A stretch of DNA of 64,000 nucleotides from Candidatus Acetothermia bacterium (GTDB lineage Bacteria; Bipolaricaulota; Bipolaricaulia; RBG-16-55-9; DRXL01): NCBI GenBank assembly GCA_022683945.1, contig JAJHSH010000067.1:2085-66084 (forward strand). The letters are read 5' to 3'. Within the stretch, counting starts at the first letter, position 1. Every line of letters starts with the position of its first letter. Below the pieces are notes generated by a model. The model was not told the DNA's origin and did not search any database. It saw only the letters and a program-made list of their open reading frames with translations. The position numbers and the translations under genes are program-made. This document shows, one piece after another, positions 1 through 8,954 of this stretch.

Positions 1-441
1 GGCTGCGTCTCCATCGGCTCGCTTTACACGTTCGGGCTCTGCGGGATCTTTGAAGTGAAAGAGAACGGAGAGTGGGGCCCACGCACCACCCCACAGCAGA
101 AGGGCATCAAAATAAAAAGCCGTGACGAAGCGCTCAGGGTTTTGGCCGACTGGAATCTCTCAAGGCCGGAGTGGCAGCACTTCTATTCCCATCAGCTCAA
201 GAGCGAGATGCTCATGCGCATCGTCAGAGAATGGAAAGTGGACGGCGTGCTCTTGCACTTCAATCGGGGATGTGAGGGTCTGTCGTTGGGGATCGCTGAG
301 AATAGACTCGCGCTGCAAAAGGCGGGGATTCCCGTGACGCCCTTCGAGGGCAACATGGGCGACTGTCGGGAGTTCGACAAGGCGCGCACGCTGACACGGG
401 TGGACGCGTTTATGGAATCGTTGGGGGTGAAAAAATTATGA
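1..441 (+). CDS. 2-hydroxyacyl-CoA dehydratase / benzoyl-CoA reductase (HgdB/BcrB-like) subunit, C-terminal part; 5' end lies outside the window
   Basis: Frame 1 is open from nt 1 (no stop before the ORF-track Met at 55). The stop overlaps the ATG of the next gene (ATGA at 438-441). C-terminal region resembles HAD/BCR-family subunits (recalled similarity), and two activase ATPases follow. Confidence 0.5.
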   Translation, partial: GCVSIGSLYTFGLCGIFEVKENGEWGPRTTPQQKGIKIKSRDEALRVLADWNLSRPEWQHFYSHQLKSEMLMRIVREWKVDGVLLHFNRGCEGLSLGIAENRLALQKAGIPVTPFEGNMGDCREFDKARTLTRVDAFMESLGVKKL

Positions 442-1217
442 TCACCGCGGGAATTGATTGCGGAGCTAGAACGGTCAAAGCTCTGGTTCTACAGGACGGC
501 ACAGTGTTGGGAAAGGGCGCAGCCCTCACGGGCTTCGATCAACAAGCGGCCATCACGCAGGCGTTCCAGAGCGCGTTGCAGCAAGCAAGCCTCGGACACT
601 CTCAGATTCAGCATATCACCGCCACAGGTATCGGGCACAACGCGGTCTCATTCGCTCAGAGCCAGATCACCGAAGTCAGCGCCGATGCCAAAGCAGCAGT
701 CTTTCTCTTCCCCACAGCGCGCACTGTCCTCGATGTCGGCGCGGAAGAGGGCCGGGCTATTCGTTGCGAAGCCGATGGCAGAGTCAAAGATTTTGCCGTG
801 AACGAGAAGTGCGCCGCCGGCGCGGGGACGTTCATCGAGACGATGGCGCGCACGCTGGAGATCAAGCTCGAAGAGGCCGGGGCGCTCTCGCTTAAAGCGA
901 CGAAAGTGATCCCGATGAACGCCCAGTGCGCCGTCTTCGCCGAAAGCGAAGTCGTCTCGCTCATTCACTCTGGGGTCGCCAAAGAAGAAATCATTCGCGC
1001 GGTGCACGAGTCCATGGCCGACAGAATCGGCGCGATGGCGCGTCGCGTGGGGATAGAGAGAGAAGTCGTGCTCGTCGGCGGCGTAGGGCGCGATCAGGGA
1101 TTTATCAGATCGCTCTCGGAGGAGCTGGGCTTTGCGCTCTTAGTCCCCGAAGACCCTGAATACGCCGGTGCGCTCGGTGCAGCGCTGATGGCTGCCGAGC
1201 GTGCTCAAGGAGGTTGA
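438..1217 (+). CDS. CoA-substrate-specific enzyme activase (BadF/BadG/BcrA/BcrD/HgdC ATPase family), copy 1
   Basis: 259 aa, acetate/sugar-kinase fold ATPase. N-terminal [10 protein letters not shown] motif. Two conserved Cys motifs typical of HgdC-type activators (NEKCAAGAG and [12 protein letters not shown]) for the bridging [4Fe-4S] cluster. Confidence 0.85.
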   Translation: MITAGIDCGARTVKALVLQDGTVLGKGAALTGFDQQAAITQAFQSALQQASLGHSQIQHITATGIGHNAVSFAQSQITEVSADAKAAVFLFPTARTVLDVGAEEGRAIRCEADGRVKDFAVNEKCAAGAGTFIETMARTLEIKLEEAGALSLKATKVIPMNAQCAVFAESEVVSLIHSGVAKEEIIRAVHESMADRIGAMARRVGIEREVVLVGGVGRDQGFIRSLSEELGFALLVPEDPEYAGALGAALMAAERAQGG

Positions 1218-1221
1218 CTTT

Positions 1222-2121
1222 ATGGCAGAAGCAGTGGCAACTGCAACACCACAGAAGCGCGAGTACTGGCGCTGGACGGAGTATAACTGGCGTGACGAAT
1301 CCCTCGATTGGCGAGGAGCGCGCGTGATCTCCGTGGGCATTGACGTCGGTTCCGTCAGCTCTCAAGCTGTGATCCTCTGCGACGGAAAGCTCTTCGCTTA
1401 CAGCAGCTTACGCACGGGATCTAACTCTCCTACAAGTGCGCAGCGGGCGCTCGACGCGGCTCTAGAAAAGACCGAGGTGCCCCGCGAAAAGATTCACTAT
1501 ATCGTCGCGACGGGCTATGGGCGGGTCAATATCCCGATTGCGCACAAAGCGATTACCGAGATCGCCTGTCACGCGCGCGGCGCGAATTTTATATACGGGC
1601 CGACGGTGCGAACGGTCTTAGACATGGGCGGACAGGACTGCAAAGCCATTCGCTGCGACGAGAAGGGCAAAGTGACGAATTTTCTGATGAACGATAAGTG
1701 CGCCGCGGGCACGGGCCGCGGGATGGAGGTCATGGCCGATCTCTTGCAAGTGCCCATCGAAGAAGTTGGCCCGGCTTCGCTCGCCGTGGACGAAGAACCT
1801 CCGCCGGTCAGCAGCACGTGTGTGGTCTTCGCCAAATCAGAAGTTTTGAGTCTGTTGCGCTTGGGTTGGCCGCGAGAGAGGGTCTTAGCGGCCTTCTGTT
1901 CTGCGATGGCCCATCGGACGGTTGAATTATTGATGCGCATCGGCGTCGAGCGCGAGTTTGCTATTACGGGGGGTATTGCCAAGAATGTCGGGATCGTGCA
2001 GCGAGTCAAGCGCGAGTTAGGGATCGAAGCTCTGAAGCCTAAGATAGACCCGCAGATCGCCGGGGCGTTGGGCGCAGCGCTCTTCGCCAAGGCCCTCTAT
2101 GAGAAGGAGCAGAAACAATAA
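1222..2121 (+). CDS. CoA-substrate-specific enzyme activase (BcrA/BcrD/HgdC family), copy 2
   Basis: Same family but a different sequence (ISVGIDVGSVSSQAV; NDKCAAGTG; STCVVFAKSEV). ATG at 1222 is preceded by AAGGAGG at 1207-1213; the ORF-track start at 1201 overlaps the previous gene. Confidence 0.85.
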   Translation: MAEAVATATPQKREYWRWTEYNWRDESLDWRGARVISVGIDVGSVSSQAVILCDGKLFAYSSLRTGSNSPTSAQRALDAALEKTEVPREKIHYIVATGYGRVNIPIAHKAITEIACHARGANFIYGPTVRTVLDMGGQDCKAIRCDEKGKVTNFLMNDKCAAGTGRGMEVMADLLQVPIEEVGPASLAVDEEPPPVSSTCVVFAKSEVLSLLRLGWPRERVLAAFCSAMAHRTVELLMRIGVEREFAITGGIAKNVGIVQRVKRELGIEALKPKIDPQIAGALGAALFAKALYEKEQKQ

Positions 2122-2193
2122 CAAATCTTCTGGAGCTTTTTAGATGGGCCTGCGGCTCAAATAATACTGATTTGACTTTATCATGTCATCAAG

Positions 2194-2345
2194 AGCTGAC
2201 AGCAGATTTCGGTAGCAGATTAAGCGGATTATACCCTAAAATCAGCTTAATCCGCTACCCGAATCCGCTGTCAGCTCTACGCACTGCGCGACGCCTGCAC
2301 AGCAAATTAGTATAAGCTATCAGCTGATAACTGTCAGCTTTTTTC
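2194..2345. terminator. Cluster of nested palindromes between convergent genes; the last hairpin has a T-run (intrinsic terminator for the + operon)
   Basis: AGCTGACAGC (2194-2203) pairs with GCTGTCAGCT (2267-2276). Inner stem AGCGGATTA (2223-2231) pairs with TAATCCGCT (2247-2255). AGCTGA-TAACTG-TCAGCT (2322-2339) is followed by TTTTTTC. Confidence 0.5.
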
Positions 2346-2351
2346 AAAAGA

Positions 2352-3377
2352 TCATGCCAACTTGCCGATAGCTCTGGCAGGCCTGAAGATACCCCTCTCC
2401 GTAATGATGGCGGTAATAAGGAAACGGGGCGTGATATCGAAGGCAGGGTTTCGCGCTTTGGCCCCGCGAGGGGCCAGCTTTATCCCTTGAATATGGGTAA
2501 CTTCTTTGGGCTCGCGCTCCTCAATGGAGATTCCGCTGCCGTCTTTGAGGGAAGGATCAATGGTGGAGGTCGGCGCGGCTACGTAAAAGGGAATCTTATG
2601 ATGGTGAGCCAAGACGGCCAATGAATAAGTCCCGATCTTGTTGGCTACATCGCCGTTTGCCGCAATGCGGTCGGCACCCACAATCACTCTGCTCACCTCG
2701 CCCCGCTGCATAAGAGAGCCTGCGGCATTATCTACAATGATCTCAAATGGGATGCCCTCTTGAGCAAGCTCCCAAGCAGTGAGTCTTAACCCCTGCAGCA
2801 GCGGCCTTGTTTCAGCTACTAAGACTTTTATTCTTTTGCCCTGCTGCCAGGCGGCCTTAATGATGCCTAAAGCTGTGCCATACTCCGCGGTTGCCAGAGC
2901 TCCCGTGTTGCAATGCGTCAAGATCGCATCGCCTTCTTTGATCAACTTGGCGCCGTTTCGGCTCAATCTCTTGTCAGCTTCAAGGCCCTCTTGCTTTATG
3001 CGGTGGGCTTCGGCCAACAGGGCCTGCTGAAGCTTCCGCAGTCCCTCGTGGCGATGCTTCTCAAAGATCTCTTTCATTCGAGCGATGGCCCAGAAGAGAT
3101 TGACGGCGGTAGGTCTAGTCCGACTTAGCTCTTCGACAATGGAGGCAAATTTTTCGTCGAGATGCTTTTCATCTTTGAGGTTCTTTGCTCCCAGCACGAT
3201 CCCATAGGCAGAGGCCACGCCGATGGCCGGAGCTCCTCGCACGGCCATTTCCTTAATCGCGGCTGCCACCCCTTTGTGATCCTTGAGCTTTAGGATCTTA
3301 ACGCGATTAGGCAACTGGCGCTGGTCAACCAGTTCCACACGCCCATCAGCCCAATTCACCACTTGCACCCTTCTCAC
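2352..3377 (-). CDS. mtnA: S-methyl-5-thioribose-1-phosphate isomerase (eIF-2B alpha/beta/delta family)
   Basis: 341 aa. Strong family resemblance (GAPAIGVASAYG, HCNTGALAT, VLVAETRPLLQG, IVGADRIAANGDVANKIGTYSLAVLAHHHKIPFYVAAPTSTID). Confidence 0.85.
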   Translation of the reverse strand: MRRVQVVNWADGRVELVDQRQLPNRVKILKLKDHKGVAAAIKEMAVRGAPAIGVASAYGIVLGAKNLKDEKHLDEKFASIVEELSRTRPTAVNLFWAIARMKEIFEKHRHEGLRKLQQALLAEAHRIKQEGLEADKRLSRNGAKLIKEGDAILTHCNTGALATAEYGTALGIIKAAWQQGKRIKVLVAETRPLLQGLRLTAWELAQEGIPFEIIVDNAAGSLMQRGEVSRVIVGADRIAANGDVANKIGTYSLAVLAHHHKIPFYVAAPTSTIDPSLKDGSGISIEEREPKEVTHIQGIKLAPRGAKARNPAFDITPRFLITAIITERGIFRPARAIGKLA

Positions 3378-3457
3378 GCCATTATTTTAGCACAAAGTTG
3401 CCCGATCTAGTATCATGAACTACAGGGTCTGAGAATGGAAGTCTGCAGAAAGCGAGC

Positions 3458-3757
3458 GTGATTGAGCGAATGCTGACCAACTACGGCTACAAAGACGGCT
3501 CCGGCGAGTATTTTATCACGATTGACACAGAGAAGTGCACCGGTTGTCAGAAGTGCGTAGCAATCTGTCCCGCGCAGCTTTTTGAAGTCGTCGCCGATCC
3601 GTTTGATCCGTTAGCAGAAAGAGAAATCGCTGTGGTCAGAGAAGAGCACCGCAAGAAGCTCAAATACAGCTGTGTGCCCTGCAAGCCGTCGGGTGAACGC
3701 TTGCCGTTGCCGTGCGTGCAAGCTTGTCAGCCTCAAGCCATCTCACACTCTTGGTAG
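3458..3757 (+). CDS. Small 4Fe-4S ferredoxin-like protein
   Basis: 99 aa with CTGCQKCVAICP (CxxCxxCxxxCP) plus additional Cys (CVPC, CVQAC). Start could be the downstream Met at 3470. Confidence 0.55.
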   Translation: MIERMLTNYGYKDGSGEYFITIDTEKCTGCQKCVAICPAQLFEVVADPFDPLAEREIAVVREEHRKKLKYSCVPCKPSGERLPLPCVQACQPQAISHSW

Positions 3758-3766
3758 GTTCACACT

Positions 3767-4858
3767 ATGACGCTGACCATTGACGGACAGACTGTGACAG
3801 CACGAGAGGGCCAGACGTTGCTGGAAGCCGCCCGCGACGCGGACATATATATTCCCGCTCTTTGCGCCCACCCTGATCTGCTTCCCGGCCCTAGAATCAC
3901 GAGCGTAAGAGCCGTCTATCGCGGCTCGCAGCGGATCGTCTCAGAAACTGTTGAGAACTTCGTTGGCTGCGGCCTCTGCGTCGTCCGCGTGAACGAAGAG
4001 TCAAGATGGGCCTGCACGACGGCTGCAACAGCGGGAGCCACTGTGAAAACAGAGACTGCCGAGATACTTTCCCAACGTCAGAGCGCACTCAGAGAGATCT
4101 TGAAAGATCACCCGCACGTCTGTCTGATCTGCCCGCAGCGTGAGGGCTGTGACCGTCTTTCGTGCTCCATGAACGTGCCCGTCGAAGAGCGCTGCTGCTG
4201 GAAGTTCTCGGAGTGCGAATTGCGAAAAATCTCTGAATATATCGGCATTCCCACAGATACGCCGCGCTATATCTGTCAGCAGATCCCCGTGCTCGACGGC
4301 GAGCCGCTCTTCGTTCGAGATTATAATCTCTGCATTGGTTGCACCCGCTGCGTGCGCATCTGCGCCGATATTCGTCAGGCGCTCGGCTTCATAGCGCGCG
4401 ACGGGAAAGCGATAGTAGGCAGCGTAGGGGCGACGTTGCTCGACTCAAACTGTAAGTTCTGCACGGCTTGTGTAGTCGTCTGCCCAACGGGAGCATTGCG
4501 CGACAAAGACTCTTCAAAAGCGATTGAACGCCGTCGCAAGCTCCAGATCGTCTATCAGCCGGCTCCCTTGCCCCCGGAGCCTTGGCGCGCTTTCAGTGCG
4601 GCTGAAGTCGCCTGTGTTTCCGAGTGCGAAGGGGTCTATCAATTGCTCGATGAACAAAAAAATACTATTCGCATCGCAGGCGTGCCCAATCTGAGAAAGG
4701 CGCTCACAGAACAGCTTGAAACCGGTTCCAAAACTCGATACTTTGTTTACACAGAAAACCCAATGTACACGCAACGCGAGAGCGAGCTTCTTCAAGAATA
4801 TTTGCACAAGCACGGTCGTCTGCCCGAAGGAAATGACGAACTGAGCGATCTGTTCTGA
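3767..4858 (+). CDS. Fe-S protein: N-terminal 2Fe-2S ferredoxin fold (NuoG/FdhA/HymC N-terminus-like) plus two 4Fe-4S motifs and a C-terminal domain of unknown function
   Basis: MTLTIDGQTVTAREGQTLLEAA..IPALCAH N-terminus typical of 75-kDa-subunit-like 2Fe-2S domains. HVCLICPQREGCDRLSC, CIGCTRCVRICAD and CKFCTACVVVCPTGAL cluster-binding motifs. No molybdopterin domain. Confidence 0.6.
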   Translation: MTLTIDGQTVTAREGQTLLEAARDADIYIPALCAHPDLLPGPRITSVRAVYRGSQRIVSETVENFVGCGLCVVRVNEESRWACTTAATAGATVKTETAEILSQRQSALREILKDHPHVCLICPQREGCDRLSCSMNVPVEERCCWKFSECELRKISEYIGIPTDTPRYICQQIPVLDGEPLFVRDYNLCIGCTRCVRICADIRQALGFIARDGKAIVGSVGATLLDSNCKFCTACVVVCPTGALRDKDSSKAIERRRKLQIVYQPAPLPPEPWRAFSAAEVACVSECEGVYQLLDEQKNTIRIAGVPNLRKALTEQLETGSKTRYFVYTENPMYTQRESELLQEYLHKHGRLPEGNDELSDLF

Positions 4859-4923
4859 AAGAGAATCTGTAAATCAGTCAACGGACGAGTAACGGATGAA
4901 CGACAGCGAAGGAGTGATTCTTC

Positions 4924-5691
4924 ATGCAAGTCAATCTCAACGGCAGAGTCGCGCTGGTCACCGGAGCAGCGCTGGGAATCGGACGGGCGATCTCACTGAC
5001 TTTGGCCAAGAACGGCGCCGATCTCGTGCTCAACGACATTGACCGCCCTTCAGCAGAAGCCCTCACCCAAGAGATCCAAAAGCTCGGACGACGCGCAGTC
5101 ATGGCCATCGCTGACGTTTCAGATTACGCCCAAGTCAAACGATCTGTAAACGAAGCACTGGTTCACTTTGGGCAGATAGACATTCTGGTCAACAACGCGG
5201 GTTGGGACAAGGGGATCATCCCGTTTTTGAAGACCGATCCCAAAGATTGGGAGCGAGTCATCGCCATCAATCTGATCGGTCTGCTGAATTGCACTCATAT
5301 CGTTGGGGCACAGATGGCGCAGCGCAAGTCGGGGAAGATCATTAATATCAGTTCAGATGCCGGGCGCGGCGGCAGCTTCGGCGAGGCCGTTTATGCCGGC
5401 TGCAAAGCGGGCGTGATCGCACTGACTAAAACGTGGGCGCGGGAGTTCGCCCGCGATAATATCCGAGTGAACTGCATCTGTCCGGGGCTGGTGGACACGC
5501 CGCTTCTGGCAAAGCTCAAGCAAGATGACTTAGGCAAGAAAGTTTTAGAGCGCATCGAGCAACTGATGCTCTTGGGATTGGGCAAGCCCGAAGATATTGC
5601 GAACGCCGTGCTCTTTTTCGCTTCGGAAGAGTCTCATCACATCACGGGGCAGGTGCTGAGCGTGAGCGGGGGCTTGACGTTCCAAGGCTAA
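4924..5691 (+). CDS. SDR-family oxidoreductase (3-oxoacyl-ACP reductase FabG-like)
   Basis: 255 aa. TGAALGIGRA Rossmann motif, NNAG, catalytic Y..K (YAGCKAG), C-terminal ITGQVLSVSGG. Confidence 0.85.
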   Translation: MQVNLNGRVALVTGAALGIGRAISLTLAKNGADLVLNDIDRPSAEALTQEIQKLGRRAVMAIADVSDYAQVKRSVNEALVHFGQIDILVNNAGWDKGIIPFLKTDPKDWERVIAINLIGLLNCTHIVGAQMAQRKSGKIINISSDAGRGGSFGEAVYAGCKAGVIALTKTWAREFARDNIRVNCICPGLVDTPLLAKLKQDDLGKKVLERIEQLMLLGLGKPEDIANAVLFFASEESHHITGQVLSVSGGLTFQG

Positions 5692-5698
5692 TAGTACA

Positions 5699-6847
5699 AT
5701 GAGAATATCTATGAAAAAGATATCGGGAGTCACAATCGCGATAGTTCTGCTCTTCTCTCTTTGGGCTGCGCCCCCGATCTGGGCGCAGCGGGGCATCGGC
5801 CCTCTGTGCGGTTATACCCCTCCCATCAGCGAGTTCCAAGATCTGAAAATTTCGGGGAATTATCGCTATTATAATGACCCCTTTGCCGATAATCGCAGCA
5901 ACGATAGCTCTGGGAGCCTGAGAGCGAGCTTCTCCCGCATCTTCGATGCCCCGACATACGGCGTCTCTCAGCAAGCGATGGTACGGGTTGATCTCAATCG
6001 GGGGATCTTTAATTACCAAGCCGATGCCGCTCTGAATCTGCGCGGCTACCTGCCCGAGACGAATTTCTTCGGGTTCACGGGAGTAGAAGGACAGAGCACG
6101 TCGGCTCTCCCCATGCCCAGCTTGAAAATCTCTGCTGGAGGGGGCTTGGGGCGCTTCAAAGACGTCACTCCCTTGGCAAAGGCGCTCAAGATTCAAGAGC
6201 GACTATTGGACCTAAAGGCCATCGCCGACGCTCTGCCCCCAACGGTGATCTTTGAGGTCGCCGATACGATTGGACGTCGGCGCGAATTTCCCGATCTGGC
6301 GGCATTAGTGCAGCGCCTCGAAGAGATCATTGAAGCGAGCGGCTTCGTCCTTCAGGACCAGCATCTGGGCGCGGCGGCGCTCTTGCGCATGGAGGAGATC
6401 CTCAACGAGACGGCAGACGAAAAGCTTTGCGGCTGGGAGGTGCGCCTGGGCGTGGGCTATGAACTTCTCGATCCCAAAGACGACAGACGCGAGCTGCTCG
6501 CGCTCGCCTCTTTTGATTATGCGCTGGCTCCTGCGCCGCGTTCGCAGTTCAGCAGCAAACTCCAGCTTAGCTCTGCGTTTCCCCTCTTTGATGACTACGT
6601 GCTGTTGGCAAAAATTAATTATCTCTTTCGGTTTACCGAGAGAATTGACACCCAGATCACCTATAGTTTTATTCGCACCAAGCCTAGAGCACTAGAAGCT
6701 CTCGATCTGCAAGGGCTCGATCTGCGCGTGACGTTCCAAGTGCAAGCCAATCTCAACTTTGCGCTGCAACTCGAGATGTCTTGGGCGAACGATTTTGAAG
6801 AATGGTCCCAACGCTTGATCCTGACCTTTAATTATGATTTTTTCTAG
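5699..6847 (+). CDS. Secreted protein, probable outer-membrane beta-barrel (signal peptide; C-terminal ...NYDFF)
   Basis: N-terminal signal peptide (KKISGVTIAIVLLFSLWAAPPIWAQ). Alternating hydrophobic beta-strand pattern at the C-terminus, ending in Phe as in OMP sorting signals. No recognised family. Confidence 0.4.
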   Translation: MRISMKKISGVTIAIVLLFSLWAAPPIWAQRGIGPLCGYTPPISEFQDLKISGNYRYYNDPFADNRSNDSSGSLRASFSRIFDAPTYGVSQQAMVRVDLNRGIFNYQADAALNLRGYLPETNFFGFTGVEGQSTSALPMPSLKISAGGGLGRFKDVTPLAKALKIQERLLDLKAIADALPPTVIFEVADTIGRRREFPDLAALVQRLEEIIEASGFVLQDQHLGAAALLRMEEILNETADEKLCGWEVRLGVGYELLDPKDDRRELLALASFDYALAPAPRSQFSSKLQLSSAFPLFDDYVLLAKINYLFRFTERIDTQITYSFIRTKPRALEALDLQGLDLRVTFQVQANLNFALQLEMSWANDFEEWSQRLILTFNYDFF

Positions 6848-7421
6848 AATTGTTCTAGCCGCACTGCTGGCCTGCGGGGTCTTTCTCGCATCTTCAGCGT
6901 CTGCGCCGGCCTTGGCGCAGCCCTCGGCACAAGCGAGCGACTACGTCGTTTTGGAGTTTGTCTTTGGGCTACAAGGGGCGTTGCTGGGAGGGGGCGCGGG
7001 CTTCTATGCCACGTATTTTGCGCTCACGATCTTTCAGCCCTGTCCTACAGCTCAGCCGGAGCGCCGCGCCTGCGAGCTGGGCCGATCTCTGGTCGCTCTC
7101 TTAGTCGGACCGAACTTGGGGATTCCGCCGGGAGCGACTTTCTTGGGGGTGGCTCTCGCAGGTGCTTTAGTAGGAGTGGAAGGCAATCTTTGGTTGGCGC
7201 TGGTGGGCAGCATTGCCGGGACGCTCTTGGGGGGGGCGCTGGCGGGCAACTGGATCTTAGAACCTACGGATTTTTCGCTCGTCGTCAACCCGGTGACGAT
7301 GGCGGCTCTGGGCGCCACGGTGGGCTATAACATCGGAGCGAGGATGCGCAACTCTCCGCCCAGTCCTTCGCAGCTTCCCTCTATAAGCTACGAGATTGCT
7401 GCCCTGCGCTGGCGCTTCTGA
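6834..7421 (+). CDS. Gly/Ala-rich membrane protein (glycine-zipper-like), hypothetical
   Basis: 195 aa with signal peptide and repeated GxxxG-rich hydrophobic segments. Overlaps the upstream gene end and the convergent mutY end. Confidence 0.35.
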   Translation: MIFSRIVLAALLACGVFLASSASAPALAQPSAQASDYVVLEFVFGLQGALLGGGAGFYATYFALTIFQPCPTAQPERRACELGRSLVALLVGPNLGIPPGATFLGVALAGALVGVEGNLWLALVGSIAGTLLGGALAGNWILEPTDFSLVVNPVTMAALGATVGYNIGARMRNSPPSPSQLPSISYEIAALRWRF

Positions 7422-8497
7422 TATTTTCTCTGTAAAAGCGCTAAGATGCGCTTATTGGCCGCTGGAAAAGCGAAGCTCTCTAAGTTCTCCAACTCCACCC
7501 ATCTCCAGGGGCGTTGGCTCTTTGGTCTATGCCGGAGATGTTGACATTCAAAGACGTGCAGCGTCACGGTGAAGTGCGAGTAGCCGTGCTCGATGACCGT
7601 AAGCGGGCGCACTTGATTGACCCGCATCCCGGTCTCTTCAGCGATCTCACGCACAAGAGTTCTCCTGAGGGTCTCGTTCTCTTGACGCTTGCCTCCGGAG
7701 AATTCCCAAAGCCCTCCTAGGAGCCCGTCATCGGGCCGACGGGCGATGAAGATCTTATTCTCTTTCCAGATGACGCCGACGGCGACCTCGTAGTGGGGCT
7801 TGGTGCGCTTGGGGGCAGTTATGGGTAATTCTTGCTGCAGGTCGCGGCGTCGCGCCTCGCAGAAGGGACTGAGCGGACAGAGGAGACAGCTTGGTCTCTT
7901 GGGAAGACAGATCGTTGATCCCAAATCCATCAGGGCTTGGTTGAACTCTCCAGTTTGTCCTGGGGGGATCAGTTGACGGCAGAGACTCTCTAAAAGTTTC
8001 TCTGTGGCAGGCTTGCGCGGATCTTTGCGCAGGGCGAAGAGCCTACAGAGAACGCGACGGGCATTGGCATCGAGAGCGGGCTCGTCTCTCTCAAACGCGA
8101 TGCTGAGAATCGCTCCAGCCGTATAGCGTCCCACTCCGGGAAGCTTCAGAAGCGCTTCTCGTTCTGAAGGGATTTTTCTGTTGTAATCGCGCACGACGAT
8201 CTGAGCAGATCTGTGAAGATTCCGCGCGCGTGCATAATAGCCCAGCCCCTCCCAAAGTTTGAGCACATCGTCGAGCGGCGCGCGCGCCAGTGCTTCTATA
8301 GTGGGGAATTCTTCGAGAAACCGTTTATAGTACGGAAGAGTCGTCTTCACTTGGGTCTGCTGGAGCATAACTTCTGAGACCCAGATACGATAAGGGTCTT
8401 TGGTCTTTCTCCAGGGGAGGTCGCGCTGGTGGCGCGCGTAGAATTGGAGGAGCGCCTTGGCGATAGCTGAAGCCCGCTTAAGAAGAGGGTGCGACAT
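7388..8497 (-). CDS. mutY: A/G-specific adenine DNA glycosylase MutY (HhH-GPD plus C-terminal NUDIX-like domain)
   Basis: Motifs WRKTKDPYRIWVSEVMLQQTQV, LPGVGRYTAGAIL. 4Fe-4S Cys cluster CLPKRPSCLLCPLSPFC. Start is taken at the Met of MSHPLLKRA (codon 37 of the ORF-track call); the longer N-terminus overlaps another ORF. Confidence 0.85.
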   Translation of the reverse strand: MSHPLLKRASAIAKALLQFYARHQRDLPWRKTKDPYRIWVSEVMLQQTQVKTTLPYYKRFLEEFPTIEALARAPLDDVLKLWEGLGYYARARNLHRSAQIVVRDYNRKIPSEREALLKLPGVGRYTAGAILSIAFERDEPALDANARRVLCRLFALRKDPRKPATEKLLESLCRQLIPPGQTGEFNQALMDLGSTICLPKRPSCLLCPLSPFCEARRRDLQQELPITAPKRTKPHYEVAVGVIWKENKIFIARRPDDGLLGGLWEFSGGKRQENETLRRTLVREIAEETGMRVNQVRPLTVIEHGYSHFTVTLHVFECQHLRHRPKSQRPWRWVELENLESFAFPAANKRILALLQRKYQKRQRRAAIS

Positions 8498-8846
8498 GGG
8501 CGATGCGCTCCGGGTTGGGGAGGCCGGCCTCTTCGCGGCAGAGGAGTTCCCACCAGAGGCGCATCCGATACCGGGGCGAATCTTTAAGAATCTGACAGAT
8601 CGCACGGCGCAGCCACCATCTCAGATAATAGACGGACTGCAGTGCGCCTTCTGTAGAAGGCCAGTGAATATAGATATAGTGTCTGTCGGTCAAGTCTTGG
8701 AGGCATTCTAGAATCAAGTCCGAAGAACGGCCCAAACGGTCTGCTAGGCGCAGCGCGCTGGCCGCGCCCTCGTACCAGAGCGAATGCAAGATATCTGCTT
8801 GGAGCTGCAGTCGTTCTTCTCTGGACAGTCTGAGAGCCGTTTCCAT
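8478..8846 (-). CDS. Small hypothetical protein, possible winged-helix regulator
   Basis: 122 aa ORF upstream of mutY on the same strand. The segment AASALRLADRLGRSSDLILECLQDLTDRHYI resembles a wHTH recognition region. Weak call. Confidence 0.3.
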   Translation of the reverse strand: METALRLSREERLQLQADILHSLWYEGAASALRLADRLGRSSDLILECLQDLTDRHYIYIHWPSTEGALQSVYYLRWWLRRAICQILKDSPRYRMRLWWELLCREEAGLPNPERIAHVAPSS

Positions 8847-8954
8847 ACACTAAAATTTATAGCGCGAAAGGGGTCAAATGTCAAGAGGGGGCCTCGGTCC
8901 CCTTGGCTCGATTACTTGACAACCCCGCATAGTGCTTGCTACTATAAAACTCTC

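Noticed and set aside
648-2090. Antisense or alternate-frame ORFs inside the activase genes (648-1007, 656-964, 1569-2090 etc.)
   Set aside because: They lie inside well-supported genes on the opposite strand or in an alternate frame. High GC generates long spurious ORFs.
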